A DNA stretch of 57,625 bases, counting the filler, from Candidatus Eiseniibacteriota bacterium (GTDB lineage: Bacteria > Orphanbacterota > Orphanbacteria > Orphanbacterales > Orphanbacteraceae), in NCBI GenBank assembly GCA_043809585.1. It is 3 parts of 3 records of this genome, joined end to end, with 100 filler letters (N's around TTAATTAATTAA, not from the genome) between each part and the next. Parts side by side here need not be neighbours in the genome. Positions count along the whole stretch, not along the records: positions 1 to 22,800 come from JBDROZ010000112.1; 2 more parts are not named here. One strand, 5' to 3'. The position numbers were made by a program, and so were the translations under genes. The notes beneath the pieces were generated by a model that saw only the letters and a program-made list of their open reading frames with translations, searched no databases and had not been told where the DNA came from. Positions 7,432 through 18,108 of the stretch are shown here, piece after piece. Each line of letters begins with the position of its first letter. Within the stretch, counting starts at the first letter, position 1.

Positions 7432-10400
7432 ATGTCTTCGATCGATTCGACGACTTCCGCCTCTTCCGCCGCCCGGGAAGAAACGCCCGGAGCGGGGAGG
7501 GCCTGCCGGATTCTCGACCACTTTCACCGAGTCGTGAAGGAAGCGGAGGGCGCGTCGGAGAACGATCTCTGCCGGAGCATCTGCGCGAACCTCCGGGGCA
7601 TCGCCGGCGGGGATTTCGCGGCCCTCGCGGTCGCCGCGCCGAAAGGAGGGCGCTACGTTCTCCGGGCCGTGGACGCCGCCCCGGGACGGACACCCGCGAC
7701 CGGCGGAGCGATCGGCGGCGCCGGAGTCGAGATCCCCTCCCCCCTGCTCGAACCGCTCGCGGCGGCCCGCTTCGTTCCCTGCAACCGGGGTGAGACATGC
7801 CTCGCCCGTCTTCTCCTCCCCGGCTTGGAAGAGCGGTTCTGCGATCCTCCGGGCGACGGCTGTCGAGCGCTGGCGTGGACGATGGACGGCCGCGTGGAAG
7901 CCGTGGGCCTGGTCCACGTCCCTGCGGGCCGGAACGACGACGAAACCCGCGAAGCGATCGAGAGCTTCGCCGGCCTGACCGGTGTTTTCTTCCAAGGCAT
8001 CCGCGTCCGCCACACCCATTGTCGGAGCGAGGAGGTGATCCGGGCGACCCTCGAGTCGACGGCGGACGGCATCCTCGTGGTCGGCCAGGACAGCCGGGTC
8101 ACCCACATGAACCAGCGGTTCCTCGAGATGCGGCGGATCCCCCGGGCTTTGGCCGAGGAAGGGCAGGACAAGAATCTCCTTCAATACGTAGTCGATCAGC
8201 TCGCCAGCCCGGAGGAGTTCATCGCCAAGGTGGAGCGCCTCTACGAGTCGTGCGACATCGACACGGACATCATCGAGTTCAAGGACGGCCGCGTTTTCGA
8301 GCGTTTCTCCTCCCCCCTCCTGATCGACGGCCGGAGCGCCGGCCGGGTCTGGTGCTTCCGAGACATCAGCGAGAAGCAGCGAACCGAGTCGGATCTCCGG
8401 GAGAGCGAGGAGCGGTTCCGAACCGTCGCGGACTTCACCTTCGACTGGGAATACTGGGCCGGACCGGACGGACGGTTCATCTATCTCTCCCCCTCGTGCG
8501 AAGCGATCACCGGCTACACGCGGAAGGAGTTCATGGCGGGCCCCGACCTGATCCACCGGATCGTCCACCCGGACGACCGAACGCTCCTCGCCGACCACCT
8601 CGAAGCGGAGGCCCACAAGCGGGAGACGGGGTCCTTCGACTTCCGAATCATCTCCCGGGACGGAGACGAGAGGTGGGTCAGCCATCACTGCCGCCCGGTC
8701 TACGGGACAGACGGCCAGTGGCTCGGCACCCGGGTGAGCAACCGGGACATCACGGACCGGAAGCGGGTGGAACGGGAGATCCGGGACGCGAAGCAGGTGG
8801 CGGAGGATGCGAACCGGTCGAAGAGCGAGTTTCTGGCGAACATGTCCCACGAGATCCGCACGCCCATGAACGGCATTCTCGGGATGACGGAGCTCGCCCT
8901 CGAAACGGACCTGACCCCGGAGCAGAAAGAGTTCCTCGTCACGGTGAAGGACTCGGCCGATTCGCTCCTCGACGTGATCAACGACATCCTCGATTTCTCC
9001 AAGATCGAGGCGGGAAAGCTGGTCTTGGAGGTCGAGGAGTTCGGCCTCCGGGAATGCCTCGAGAACGCGGTCCGGCTGCTCGCGATCCGGGCCGACGAGA
9101 AGGGGGTCGAGCTCTCCTGCCACATTCCGCCCGACGTGCCGGACCGGGTGGTCGGCGACGCCGGCCGGCTGCGCCAGGTGCTGGTCAACCTCGTGGGAAA
9201 CGCCGTCAAGTTCACCGAGGAGGGGGAGATCCTCGTGCGCGTGGAGGTGGTGGAGCGGCAGGAGGGTCAAGTGCGCCTTCGGTTCACGGTGCGGGACACG
9301 GGGATCGGCATCCCCGACGGCAAGAGGCGCACAATCTTTCAGGCATTCGAGCAGGCGGATGGATCGACGACGCGCCGCTACGGCGGAACCGGCCTCGGAC
9401 TCGCCATCGCCCGGGACCTGATCCGCCTGATGGACGGCCAGATCAGCCTGGTCAGCAACGTGGGCTGGGGGAGCATCTTCCAGTTCACGGCCCGTCTCGA
9501 TCTTTGCGGGGACGGGGCGGCGCCGGGCATTCCCGCGGGCGTGGAGGCTCTCGGGAACCGGGCGGTCCTGCTCGCGGAAGACAACGGCACCAGCGCGCGC
9601 ATCATGAAGGAGATCCTCTCCCACTGGACTCTCGAACCGGTCGTGATGAGCGACGGGCGATCCGCCATCGACCGGCTCCGACAGGAGCGGGACCGGGGAG
9701 CGGCGTTCCCCCTCGCGATCCTCGACGCCCACATGCCGGGGAAGAGCGGCTTCGACGTGGCGGAAGCGGTCGCCGAAGATCCCTCCCTGGCGGGGGCCGT
9801 GGTGATGCTCATCTCGTCGGCGCAGCAGAACCGGGACGCCGACCGGTGCCGCAAGCTCGGCATACGGAACTACCTCGTCAAACCGGTCCGCCAGGGGGAG
9901 CTCGCCCACGCCATCGGCAGGGCGCTCCTCCCCCCCGAAGACGGGGAACCGGAGACGGTGCGGCCGACGAGAGCCCCCCGGAAGGCGGCCCGCCGCCTCC
10001 GGATCCTTCTGGCCGAGGACAACCCGGTCAACCAGCTCGTGGCGCGCCGCATCCTCGAAAAGGAGGGGCACGAGCTCGACGTCCGTTGCAACGGGCAGGA
10101 GGCGGTGAAGGGGCTCGAGAAGGGGAACTACGATCTCGTCCTGATGGACGTCACCATGCCGGTCATGGACGGCTACGAGGCGACACGGGAAATTCGGGAG
10201 CGGGAGAAGGAGAAGGGCGGGCACGTGCCGATCATCGCCATGACCGCCCGGGCGATCAAAGGGGACCGCGAGAAGTGTCTCGAATCGGGGATGGACGGGT
10301 ACATCTCCAAGCCGATCCGGCCGGATCTCTTGATCGAGACGATCACCGAGATCCTCGGCGGGCGGGAAGCGGCCCGGGAAGGGGCGCCCGCCGCAGGCGA

Positions 10401-10764
10401 AACGGCGGCCTCGGGGAATGACCCGATCGACATGGCCGGGGCCCTCGAACTTCTCGACGGCGACCGGGACCTGTTCCGCGAAATGGTCGGCATCTTCCTG
10501 GAAGAAGCGCCCCGGCTCGTCTCGGACCTGGAGAAGGCGCTCACCGACGAGGACAGGGACGGGATCGAACGGGCCGCCCACTCACTCAAGGGCTCGGTCG
10601 GGAACCTCGCGGCCCCGGGGACGTACGAAGCGGCCCGAGTCCTCGAACTCGCCGCCCGGGAGGGCCGCGCGGAAGACGTGCCGGCCGCGGCGGCGACCCT
10701 CCGCGAGGAGATGAGCCGCCTCGTTCACTTCACGGAGAAGATCGCCGCCGAATGGCCTGTCTAA
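7432..10764 (+). CDS. Hybrid sensor histidine kinase (GAF-like, PAS, PAS, HisKA, HATPase, REC, REC, Hpt)
   Basis: [16 protein letters not shown]-box, [23 protein letters not shown], two receiver domains, AHSLKG Hpt motif. Confidence 0.95.
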   Translation: MSSIDSTTSASSAAREETPGAGRACRILDHFHRVVKEAEGASENDLCRSICANLRGIAGGDFAALAVAAPKGGRYVLRAVDAAPGRTPATGGAIGGAGVEIPSPLLEPLAAARFVPCNRGETCLARLLLPGLEERFCDPPGDGCRALAWTMDGRVEAVGLVHVPAGRNDDETREAIESFAGLTGVFFQGIRVRHTHCRSEEVIRATLESTADGILVVGQDSRVTHMNQRFLEMRRIPRALAEEGQDKNLLQYVVDQLASPEEFIAKVERLYESCDIDTDIIEFKDGRVFERFSSPLLIDGRSAGRVWCFRDISEKQRTESDLRESEERFRTVADFTFDWEYWAGPDGRFIYLSPSCEAITGYTRKEFMAGPDLIHRIVHPDDRTLLADHLEAEAHKRETGSFDFRIISRDGDERWVSHHCRPVYGTDGQWLGTRVSNRDITDRKRVEREIRDAKQVAEDANRSKSEFLANMSHEIRTPMNGILGMTELALETDLTPEQKEFLVTVKDSADSLLDVINDILDFSKIEAGKLVLEVEEFGLRECLENAVRLLAIRADEKGVELSCHIPPDVPDRVVGDAGRLRQVLVNLVGNAVKFTEEGEILVRVEVVERQEGQVRLRFTVRDTGIGIPDGKRRTIFQAFEQADGSTTRRYGGTGLGLAIARDLIRLMDGQISLVSNVGWGSIFQFTARLDLCGDGAAPGIPAGVEALGNRAVLLAEDNGTSARIMKEILSHWTLEPVVMSDGRSAIDRLRQERDRGAAFPLAILDAHMPGKSGFDVAEAVAEDPSLAGAVVMLISSAQQNRDADRCRKLGIRNYLVKPVRQGELAHAIGRALLPPEDGEPETVRPTRAPRKAARRLRILLAEDNPVNQLVARRILEKEGHELDVRCNGQEAVKGLEKGNYDLVLMDVTMPVMDGYEATREIREREKEKGGHVPIIAMTARAIKGDREKCLESGMDGYISKPIRPDLLIETITEILGGREAAREGAPAAGETAASGNDPIDMAGALELLDGDRDLFREMVGIFLEEAPRLVSDLEKALTDEDRDGIERAAHSLKGSVGNLAAPGTYEAARVLELAAREGRAEDVPAAAATLREEMSRLVHFTEKIAAEWPV

Positions 10765-10847
10765 CCTTAATCCGACAAGAATCCCGGTGCAAATCGCTGA
10801 CGCTCGCGCGCGTTTTCACTCGCGATTTTTTGCCGGATCAAGGCTAG
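10761..10847. mobile_element. 87-bp MITE-like element, second copy at about 54714-54787
   Basis: Imperfect 18-bp TIRs CTAACCTTAATCCGACAA / TTGCCGGATCAAGGCTAG; the core AAGAATCCCGGTGC.AATCGCTGACGCTCGCGCG...TTTTCACTCGCGATT is shared with the second copy. Confidence 0.7.
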
Positions 10848-11440
10848 AAGACGGGCATCTCCTCCACCGGCGCCTCGTAGACGCCCACGATCGAAACCGA
10901 ATCGCTCCCGTCCGCCTCGAGGCCGATCACGGCATCGATCGCGAACCGCACCGTCCCCCCCGGACCGCACAGGAGCTTCTCGAAAACGATCGTTCCCCTC
11001 GTGTTCGAGACCCATGACGCGTATTCCGGCGAATTCAGATCGAAAACGTCTTCCTTGAGAAACACGAGAACCCCCTCGGGCGCGTCCCAAACGAAGTCGT
11101 TCGCGACCGAGAGCGTCTCGCCGAGAACGACGTCGGCGAGCACCGCCTGGACCGTGAGCCCCCCGTCCGCCTCCCACGGCCGGGAGAGGTTGATCCCGGC
11201 GTTCACGTGGATCGTCGGGATCGGGACCGTCCCCTCTTCCCAGTCGCCGCACCAGCAGACCGCCCCTTCCGCTAGATTCACCATGGACCCGTCGGAGCGG
11301 GAAACGACGAGACTGTCGACGAACGAATCGCCCGACGGCCCGGCGGGGTTGTCGTCCCCTTCGCCATCCCCTCCGCCGCAGGCGAAGGAGAGAAGAAGCA
11401 GCGAGACGACCGGAATCCACCCTCTCGAAAAGACGTTCAT
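10844..11440 (-). CDS. Hypothetical lipoprotein
   Basis: Lipobox SFAC followed by GGGD; GAGGAG RBS overlapping the upstream peptidase stop. Confidence 0.7.
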   Translation of the reverse strand: MNVFSRGWIPVVSLLLLSFACGGGDGEGDDNPAGPSGDSFVDSLVVSRSDGSMVNLAEGAVCWCGDWEEGTVPIPTIHVNAGINLSRPWEADGGLTVQAVLADVVLGETLSVANDFVWDAPEGVLVFLKEDVFDLNSPEYASWVSNTRGTIVFEKLLCGPGGTVRFAIDAVIGLEADGSDSVSIVGVYEAPVEEMPVF

Positions 11441-11453
11441 CCGGGTTCTCCTC

Positions 11454-13280
11454 TCACCGGGAAACCGCGTCGGGCGGGATGCCCGAATACCGCCAGACCG
11501 GAGCCACGTCGAGGTCCTTGTCGGCGTAGGGGGTTCTCTTGAAGAAGTAGAGGAGCTTGGCCTCGCCGTCGGCCGCGAAGACGGAATCTCTCAAGGCCTC
11601 CTCGTATTCGGATCGGACCTTCATGTCCTCGAGCATCTTCCGGGCGTTCTCTTCGAGGGCCCACGTCTCGAGAACCGTCCCCTCTTCGAAGACCGTGTCG
11701 AAGGCGTTTTGGTAGAGGGCGCCGTCCGGGGAACGCGGTTCGAGGAGTACCATGGCGACGAGGCCCGCGGGCTGGTTCGCGGGGATCCAGATCGTTCCGG
11801 CCGGGAATCTGCGGATCTCCGTGAACGCTTCCCCCTCGAGCTTCCGGATCGGGTGGCGCCCCTGATAGGGCCTCGGGAAGTACTCCACCGATTTCACCCG
11901 GAACCCCTCCACCTCGGCGTCGAAGGCGTTCGTCAGTCGGAGGAACTTAACGCCGTGAAGGGCGAGGTTGCGGGTCAGCTCCCCCCAACCGCGGTCGAGG
12001 AAGTAGCCCGCGGGCACGGTGGCGCTCACCACCGGCTTCAGCTCGCCGAAGAAATCCACGGCGTACGTCTCGTCCTCGTCGCCGTAGAGGGCGTATGTGT
12101 TTCCCGTCACCTCACTCTTCTCGAGGGCGAACTTCTTTCCGAGGAATTCGATCGGAACCGGCCGGCTCCGGTCCGCCTCACAGGAAAGGGCGACCTCGCG
12201 GGAATCCGGATCGAGGGCGAGGCGGCTGATTTCCTCGCGGGATTTCTCTACGACCTCCACCAGCTCCTCCGGGTGCCGGGCGGCGAAGCGAAGCGCCCCC
12301 TGAAGCAGGGAGGTCGTCGCCTTCACGCGGCGCTCGTAGGAGACGTAGGGATTCGCCTCGGAGAGGATGCAGATGGATCCGAGGAAGTCGAAGTACCCCG
12401 TGCTGTAGCGCGGGCGGATCCCGTGGGCCTCGAACCCCTTCGAGAGGTCCGCCCGGTCGATCGGATAGGCGAGGGTGCGGGAAAGGAAGCCGTCCGCCTC
12501 CATGGTTTTCATGATCGCGGGGGCGAGCCGGTTCTCGGCGAACTCCCCTCTCTTCCCGGGCACGGTCGGATTCACCCCGGCGCCGAAGAGAAGGTCGTAC
12601 TGATGTCCGATGCCGTCGTCCGTGTGGAGATCGATGTAGAGATGGGGCTTCGATATGGACGCCTGGCGGACCAGGGTGCGAACCTCTTCGGTCTCGAGAT
12701 TCAAGAAGTCCCGGTTCAGGTCGAGGCGTTGGCCGTTCCGGCGGATTCCCGCGCCGCATTCCGGGCCGACCTGGGTGAACCGGTGGTGGAGGCTCCGCCG
12801 CTCGTGGCCGTCCATGTTGAAGACGGGAACGAGAATGAGATGGAGGTTCTCGAGGATCTCCTTCTCCCGGCCGAGGGCGAGGTCCCGGAGGAGGGCGAGA
12901 ATGGCGTCTTTCCCGCAGATCTCGCCGGAGTGAATGCCCGCCGTGACCAGCACCACGGGTTTGACGATCCCCGCCGCCTCGTCCGCCCGGGCCGAACCGC
13001 TCCGGATGTGGAGGCCGGTGATCGTCCGCCCCTCGGCGGTCTGGCCGAGCGGCGTGATCCGGAGGTCGGGGAGAAGGGGGGCGAGGGCGCCGATGTACAC
13101 CTCCGCCTCGGCCCACGTGGGGGAGCAGGAGTACCGGGCGAGTTCGGCGGGCGTGAACGCGGGGTCGGTCTGGCCGCGGGCGGCGCCGGCGGCAAGGGAG
13201 ATCGCGAGGGCCGTGAGAATGAGGCCCCGGGAACCCCGCGCCCCGGCGCCCCCTGTGCGGGTGTTCGACTTCATGTCCAA
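11454..13280 (-). CDS. M14 family zinc carboxypeptidase, secreted
   Basis: GIHSGE (HxxE), NMDG, RRNGQRLDLNRDF, IDLH; signal peptide. Confidence 0.9.
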   Translation of the reverse strand: MDMKSNTRTGGAGARGSRGLILTALAISLAAGAARGQTDPAFTPAELARYSCSPTWAEAEVYIGALAPLLPDLRITPLGQTAEGRTITGLHIRSGSARADEAAGIVKPVVLVTAGIHSGEICGKDAILALLRDLALGREKEILENLHLILVPVFNMDGHERRSLHHRFTQVGPECGAGIRRNGQRLDLNRDFLNLETEEVRTLVRQASISKPHLYIDLHTDDGIGHQYDLLFGAGVNPTVPGKRGEFAENRLAPAIMKTMEADGFLSRTLAYPIDRADLSKGFEAHGIRPRYSTGYFDFLGSICILSEANPYVSYERRVKATTSLLQGALRFAARHPEELVEVVEKSREEISRLALDPDSREVALSCEADRSRPVPIEFLGKKFALEKSEVTGNTYALYGDEDETYAVDFFGELKPVVSATVPAGYFLDRGWGELTRNLALHGVKFLRLTNAFDAEVEGFRVKSVEYFPRPYQGRHPIRKLEGEAFTEIRRFPAGTIWIPANQPAGLVAMVLLEPRSPDGALYQNAFDTVFEEGTVLETWALEENARKMLEDMKVRSEYEEALRDSVFAADGEAKLLYFFKRTPYADKDLDVAPVWRYSGIPPDAVSR

Positions 13281-13452
13281 TCTCCCTAGGGTGAGAGGGC
13301 CGGGCTCCGAACGGTCGATTGTAGCAGCCGGGACCCGGCGGGACCAGAGACCGGAAACTCGGGATCGCCCCGGTTCGGGGAAGACGGCGGAGGGGACGGT
13401 CCGCTACCCTGGACGGATCGGGAGACGGGAAACCGCCCGGGGAGAGATGTCG

Positions 13453-14658
13453 ATGAGAGAGGAGACGCCGGAAATCATCGCGGTCCGCGACCCGGAGGCA
13501 GGCCTCGAGGGTTGGGTCGCCATCGACCGGACCGTGCGGGGCCGGGCGGGGGGCGGGCTCCGCGTGACCCCGTGGGTGAACGCCGAGGAGCTGGCCCTCC
13601 TCGCCCGCACGATGACGATGAAGTACGGCTTCCTCGGCATTCCGAAAGGGGGCGCCAAGGCGGGTATCCGTTTCGACGGGGAGAAGGATCCGGAGAAGGC
13701 GCTCGACCTTCTCGCCCGATTCGGCCGGGCGATCCGACCGCTCATCGAGTCCCGCCGGTACGTGCCTGGTCCCGACATGGGGACCGACGAAGAGCGCATC
13801 CGCCATCTCCTTCGATCGTGCGGCTGTCTCGGTGGAGAGGGGGAAGCGTGGCGCTGGGCCGAATCGGGGCGGTACACCGCCGCCGGCGTCGTGGGGGCAT
13901 TCCGCGAGGCCTACCGCACCGCGGGCGGGGATGGGCGCCCGACCGCCGTCATCGAGGGATACGGCGCGGTCGGCGGGAATGCGGCGCACATGCTCGTCCG
14001 GAGCGGAGTCCCGGTCGTCGCCATCGCCACCCGCCACGGCGCGGTTCACAACGGCGCCGGAATCGATCTCGAAGAGTGGGAAACTTTCCTCCGCGGCGGC
14101 GGCCCGTCGGAGCTCCGGGAGTTCCGGGGGGCCGAGACGATCGGGCGGGAGGACTTTCTCCGCCTGCCCGTCGCCGCCTTTCTCCCGTGCGCGATTGCCC
14201 ACACGATCCGGACCGCGGACGCCGCGATCGTCGGCGCCCGCATGATCGTCCCCGGCGCGAACAACCCGATCGAGCCGGGCGCGGGAGAGATCCTCGAGTC
14301 CCGGGGGACGATCGTCCTGCCCGACTTCGTGACCAACACGGGGGGAATCCTCGGAGGAGCCCTCGAGCACGGCGGCCTCTCGCCGGACGAGGCGGCCCGG
14401 CGCGTCCGGGAGGCGATCGGGGGAGCCGTGTCCGCCCTCCTCGATCAGGCGTCCCGTTCGGGGCTCACGCCGACGGCCCTCGCGGAACGGACCGTGCTCG
14501 CCCGGTTCGAGCGGGTCGCGGGCGCGCATTCCTCCCCTCTGCTCCTCTTCGGCCTGGCCCTCAGGCGGCGGGGACTCCTTCCCCGTGTCGTCTCCCGTTT
14601 TCTCGCCTCGGCCCAGGGCGACCGCATCGCCCGCCGGGCCCGGCGTTTCGAGACGTAG
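13453..14658 (+). CDS. Glu/Leu/Phe/Val dehydrogenase family protein
   Basis: GGGLR, MTMKYG, GGAKAG, PGPDMGT, GYGAVG, GANNP, PDFVTNTGG. Confidence 0.88.
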   Translation: MREETPEIIAVRDPEAGLEGWVAIDRTVRGRAGGGLRVTPWVNAEELALLARTMTMKYGFLGIPKGGAKAGIRFDGEKDPEKALDLLARFGRAIRPLIESRRYVPGPDMGTDEERIRHLLRSCGCLGGEGEAWRWAESGRYTAAGVVGAFREAYRTAGGDGRPTAVIEGYGAVGGNAAHMLVRSGVPVVAIATRHGAVHNGAGIDLEEWETFLRGGGPSELREFRGAETIGREDFLRLPVAAFLPCAIAHTIRTADAAIVGARMIVPGANNPIEPGAGEILESRGTIVLPDFVTNTGGILGGALEHGGLSPDEAARRVREAIGGAVSALLDQASRSGLTPTALAERTVLARFERVAGAHSSPLLLFGLALRRRGLLPRVVSRFLASAQGDRIARRARRFET

Positions 14659-14716
14659 CGGCCGCTCTTCTCTTCCCGGTTTCCGGAGACCGGACATGAC
14701 GCCGAGAGACGAGTTC

Positions 14717-14909
14717 TAGCCTTGATCTTGCATGAAATCTCGAGATCCAACGCGTGAGAGTGCGTCAGCCGGGGCCGCACGTAGCCCGAACCATGGGGAG
14801 CGTATTTGACAATACGTGAGCCATGGTGAGGGCGAGTACGGTTCCGGATGGCGTGCTCGCGCGCGAGCGATAGCGTTTGGAGCCGAGATTTCATGCAAGA
14901 TCAAGGCTA
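14717..14909. mobile_element. 193-bp MITE with perfect 26-bp TIRs
   Basis: TAGCCTTGATCTTGCATGAAATCTCG (14717-14742) and CGAGATTTCATGCAAGATCAAGGCTA (14884-14909); central CGTATT-TGAC-AATACG hairpin. Confidence 0.85.
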
Positions 14910-15983
14910 AGAACGATCCGCGGTGCCGAAGGGGGAAAACTCCCCCTCCGAATCGGGGGCGAGAGGCTCGAGCGAATCTTCCGGGCGGCCGACGAGACGG
15001 CGAAACCGGAGAACGGCCTCTTCGGCGACCCCCTGGAACGCGGCGGCGCCGAGCACGACGCCGAGGAGCAGATCGATCCCGAGGGCCGCCGGCAGCATGC
15101 CCGGCCGGCGCCGGGCCACGACCGCCCAAAGGTCCCAGTTGCAGGCGAGATAGAGGGCGAAGAAGACCGCCGCGGGCCGTCCTGTTCCGTCGACGGCGAA
15201 GGATGCGGCGGCGAGGAGGGCCGCCGCGGACACGGCGAGCCTCCCGATTCCCCGGCGGGGGGTCGAAAGATAATCGTCGAAGGTGCGATGCCGGAACCAG
15301 ATTCTCACCCAGAGACGACCACGGTCGAAATGATCGATCACGTTCTTGCGAAGGGTGGAGGGGAAATGATGCTTCACCGAAACGCGGCGACTGATCCAGA
15401 TGGGCGTCCGCCGGGAAAGACGGCGTCCGAACTCGAGGTCTTCCATGCTGGGTTTTCGGAAGCGTGTGTCGAACCCGCCCGTTTCCAGGAAAAAGCCGCG
15501 CCGGAAAGCCGCCACGGCCGCCCAAAGGAGCGTCACCTCGCGCTCTTCCGGGAAGCGCCAGTAATAGCTGTAGCATTGGAGCGCCTTGTACCACGCCCAC
15601 GCCCCCCGGGGGTTGGCCGGCTCGGCGTCGTACACGCCGATCAGGACGGAGCGGTCCCGGTGGTCCCGGAAGAAGCGCGCCACTTCGCCGAGCGTCTCGG
15701 GATGGACGATGACGTCCGAATCGAGAAAGAGGATGATCTCCCCGCGCGCCTCCCGGGCGCCCAGGTTCCGGGCGAGGGCGGGGCCGCCGTTTCGCGGGGC
15801 ATGGTAAACCCGCACGGGAAGGCCGGCGAGCTTCTCCGCCGTACCGTCCGTGGAACGATCGTCGACCACGAGAACCTCGAAATCCCGGTAGACCGACGTC
15901 TCGATCGACGGGAGAAGCACGGAGAGATCCCGCGCGGCGTTGTAGGCGGGAATCACGACGGATAGATAGGGGCGCTCGCTCAT
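14907..15983 (-). CDS. Family 2 glycosyltransferase with C-terminal membrane segments
   Basis: SVVIPAYN, VVDDRSTD, GPALARNLG, FLDSD, EDLEFG. Confidence 0.92.
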   Translation of the reverse strand: MSERPYLSVVIPAYNAARDLSVLLPSIETSVYRDFEVLVVDDRSTDGTAEKLAGLPVRVYHAPRNGGPALARNLGAREARGEIILFLDSDVIVHPETLGEVARFFRDHRDRSVLIGVYDAEPANPRGAWAWYKALQCYSYYWRFPEEREVTLLWAAVAAFRRGFFLETGGFDTRFRKPSMEDLEFGRRLSRRTPIWISRRVSVKHHFPSTLRKNVIDHFDRGRLWVRIWFRHRTFDDYLSTPRRGIGRLAVSAAALLAAASFAVDGTGRPAAVFFALYLACNWDLWAVVARRRPGMLPAALGIDLLLGVVLGAAAFQGVAEEAVLRFRRLVGRPEDSLEPLAPDSEGEFSPFGTADRS

Positions 15984-16080
15984 CTTTGGTTTCCGATCCC
16001 GATGTTCTTCGTGTTATGAGGATCATAGTGGCGGCTTCGCCGCCTGGCAACGCCATTCGCACCGGCGGGGGGGGACGATT

Positions 16081-16872
16081 TTGAGCGGTTCGTACTGGGA
16101 CGGTGTGGCCCGGGAGATGGAGGGCCGGTATCACCTCGACGAGGTGATGGCCGAACACAAGCGCCGGGTCCACCTCGACCTCCTCGGGGGGTGGTGCCCC
16201 GTGCCGCCGGGGGGGCGGGTCCTGAAGACCGATCTCTTCGAAGAGGCTCTCGGCCGGGACCAGGTGCTTCTCGACTGGCCCTCTTCGGAGGCGGGGGCGG
16301 ACGTTCACGGCATCGACATCTCCCGGGAGATCGCCCTCCGGGCGAGAAAGCGAATCGCGGAGGGGGGCCGGTCGGCCCGCATCGGCGTCTCCGACGCGAG
16401 GCGTCTCCCCTACCGGGACGCCTCTTTCGATGTCGTCTTCAGCTGTTCCACCCTCGACCATTTCGACGACCGGGCCGATCTCCTGGCGGGGCTCCGTGAG
16501 GCGGTTCGCGTTCTTCGTCCCGGCGGGCGCATGGTTCTCACCCTCGACAACCCGAAGGCCCTCTTCTATCCGGCCGTGCGGTGGCTCGCGGGGCGGGGGA
16601 AGATCGGCTTCGTGCTCGGCGAGACGATGGAAGACGGAGAACTCCGGCGGTTCCTTCCGGGGCTCGGGCTCGAAGTCGTCGAGGGGGGGGCGGTGTATCA
16701 TGTGCCCCGCGTGGTGTTCACCGCGTTCCTCCGCATCCTGCGCGCGCTCCGCATGGACTTTCTCGACGGACTTCTTCTCCGGCTCCTCCGCGCCGCCGAA
16801 CGAGGATACGGCAAGCCCGGTCAATACCGGAGCGGCTGGTATGTCGCTTATCATCTACGGAAGCCCGGATAG
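16081..16872 (+). CDS. Class I SAM-dependent methyltransferase
   Basis: GIDIS, DARRLPYRDASFDVV, LRPGG; atypical motif I (VLKTDLFEE). Confidence 0.85.
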   Translation: MSGSYWDGVAREMEGRYHLDEVMAEHKRRVHLDLLGGWCPVPPGGRVLKTDLFEEALGRDQVLLDWPSSEAGADVHGIDISREIALRARKRIAEGGRSARIGVSDARRLPYRDASFDVVFSCSTLDHFDDRADLLAGLREAVRVLRPGGRMVLTLDNPKALFYPAVRWLAGRGKIGFVLGETMEDGELRRFLPGLGLEVVEGGAVYHVPRVVFTAFLRILRALRMDFLDGLLLRLLRAAERGYGKPGQYRSGWYVAYHLRKPG

Positions 16873-17095
16873 GGATTCACGCCGGCAAGGGGACGGACCC
16901 CGCGCCCGCTACTGACGTATCTCGATATATTACAAGGAGTTACTTCGCCAGGGTCCCGCCCGGAGGGACTGACGCTAGTCTCTGTCCCCCACATTTGTTA
17001 GATTCCGGGTTGGTCCTTCGGGCGCCCGGTCAGGAATCTGTCCCGGCCTTCGGGCGACCTGGAGCACTCGGCATTCCGGAACAAGGAGCGAAAGC

Positions 17096-17731
17096 ATGAC
17101 CATGGATCGTCTGTTCGCCCGCGCCGCCTCGGCCTTGGTGGTCGGGGGCCTATTCCTGGGCGCCGCCGGTTGCGGCAAGAAGAGCGAAGACCGGGCGGCG
17201 GGGGGTACGACCGGCGACAACCCGCCTCCGCGCGCCGCCGCGGGGAACGGCATGACCGCGGCCGGTCTCGGCTGGTCGGCGCCCGAGTCGTGGATCATCG
17301 AAGCGCCGGAATCGTCCATGCGCATCGCCCAGTACCGGCTCCCCTCGGGCAGAGAGGGCGTCGAGGACGGCCTGGTCACGGTCTTCCACTTCGGACCGGG
17401 GGGGGGCGGCGGCATCGACGCCAATATCCAACGTTGGGCGAACCAGTTTCGCCAGGAGGATGGATCGGACCCGATGTCGAAGGCGGTGACCGCCCGTTTC
17501 GATTCCGGTCCCCTGAAGATCTCCACCATCGAGCTTTCGGGACGGTACACCACGAGCAACATGATGGGCGGCGGCCGGACTTACGACGAGCCGGGTTGGC
17601 GGCTGATCGGCGGCATCCTCGAGGGGCCGGGCGGGCCGTGGTTCTTCAAAGGGGTCGGTCCCGCCGAAGTGGTGCAGGCCCATCGGGACGGCTTCGTCGG
17701 CCTGCTCCGGAGCGCCCACCCCGCCGGATAG
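17096..17731 (+). CDS. Hypothetical lipoprotein
   Basis: AAGGAG RBS, lipobox AAGC, conserved-looking GGGIDANIQRWANQF and WFFKGVGP segments. Confidence 0.75.
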   Translation: MTMDRLFARAASALVVGGLFLGAAGCGKKSEDRAAGGTTGDNPPPRAAAGNGMTAAGLGWSAPESWIIEAPESSMRIAQYRLPSGREGVEDGLVTVFHFGPGGGGGIDANIQRWANQFRQEDGSDPMSKAVTARFDSGPLKISTIELSGRYTTSNMMGGGRTYDEPGWRLIGGILEGPGGPWFFKGVGPAEVVQAHRDGFVGLLRSAHPAG

Positions 17732-18108
17732 GGGTGACGCCATTCGATGGAATCCCGAGCCTTCCCGCCCCGCGCGGAGGCCCTTTCTCGGAATTGGCTT
17801 GACGAAAATCAGCCCGCTGAGGCTACAATAAGAGTGTTCCCGGAATGATCCGATCGCTCTTCGGAGTCCAGGCCGGATCCCTCTCCGGGCGGCGAAAGAG
17901 CCGGTTGCGCGGGTTCTTCTGGCGCAAGAGACACTAGAGCAACAGGTTGGGCGGGCGACCCCTGTCGGGGATTCGCCCCCCTTTCGCGTCTCGGCCTCAT
18001 GGGCCCACCTCGAGTCGCCTTCCCACGGGGAATCGAGGGCCGAGTGGTCCGTGCGAGGAAAGTCGCGATCGAGAAGAGGCCCGGAATGGCTCCGGAGCCC
18101 TGAAGAGG

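Noticed and set aside
4574..10581. Very long alternative-frame ORFs (e.g. 4574-7798, 7327-10581, 7797-10421)
   Set aside because: Arg/Gly/Pro-rich shadow frames of real genes, expected in high-GC DNA.
17836..18035. 6S RNA
   Set aside because: GGGCCCACC and partial end pairing are suggestive, but I could not build the long closing stem; kept only as an unassigned leader.
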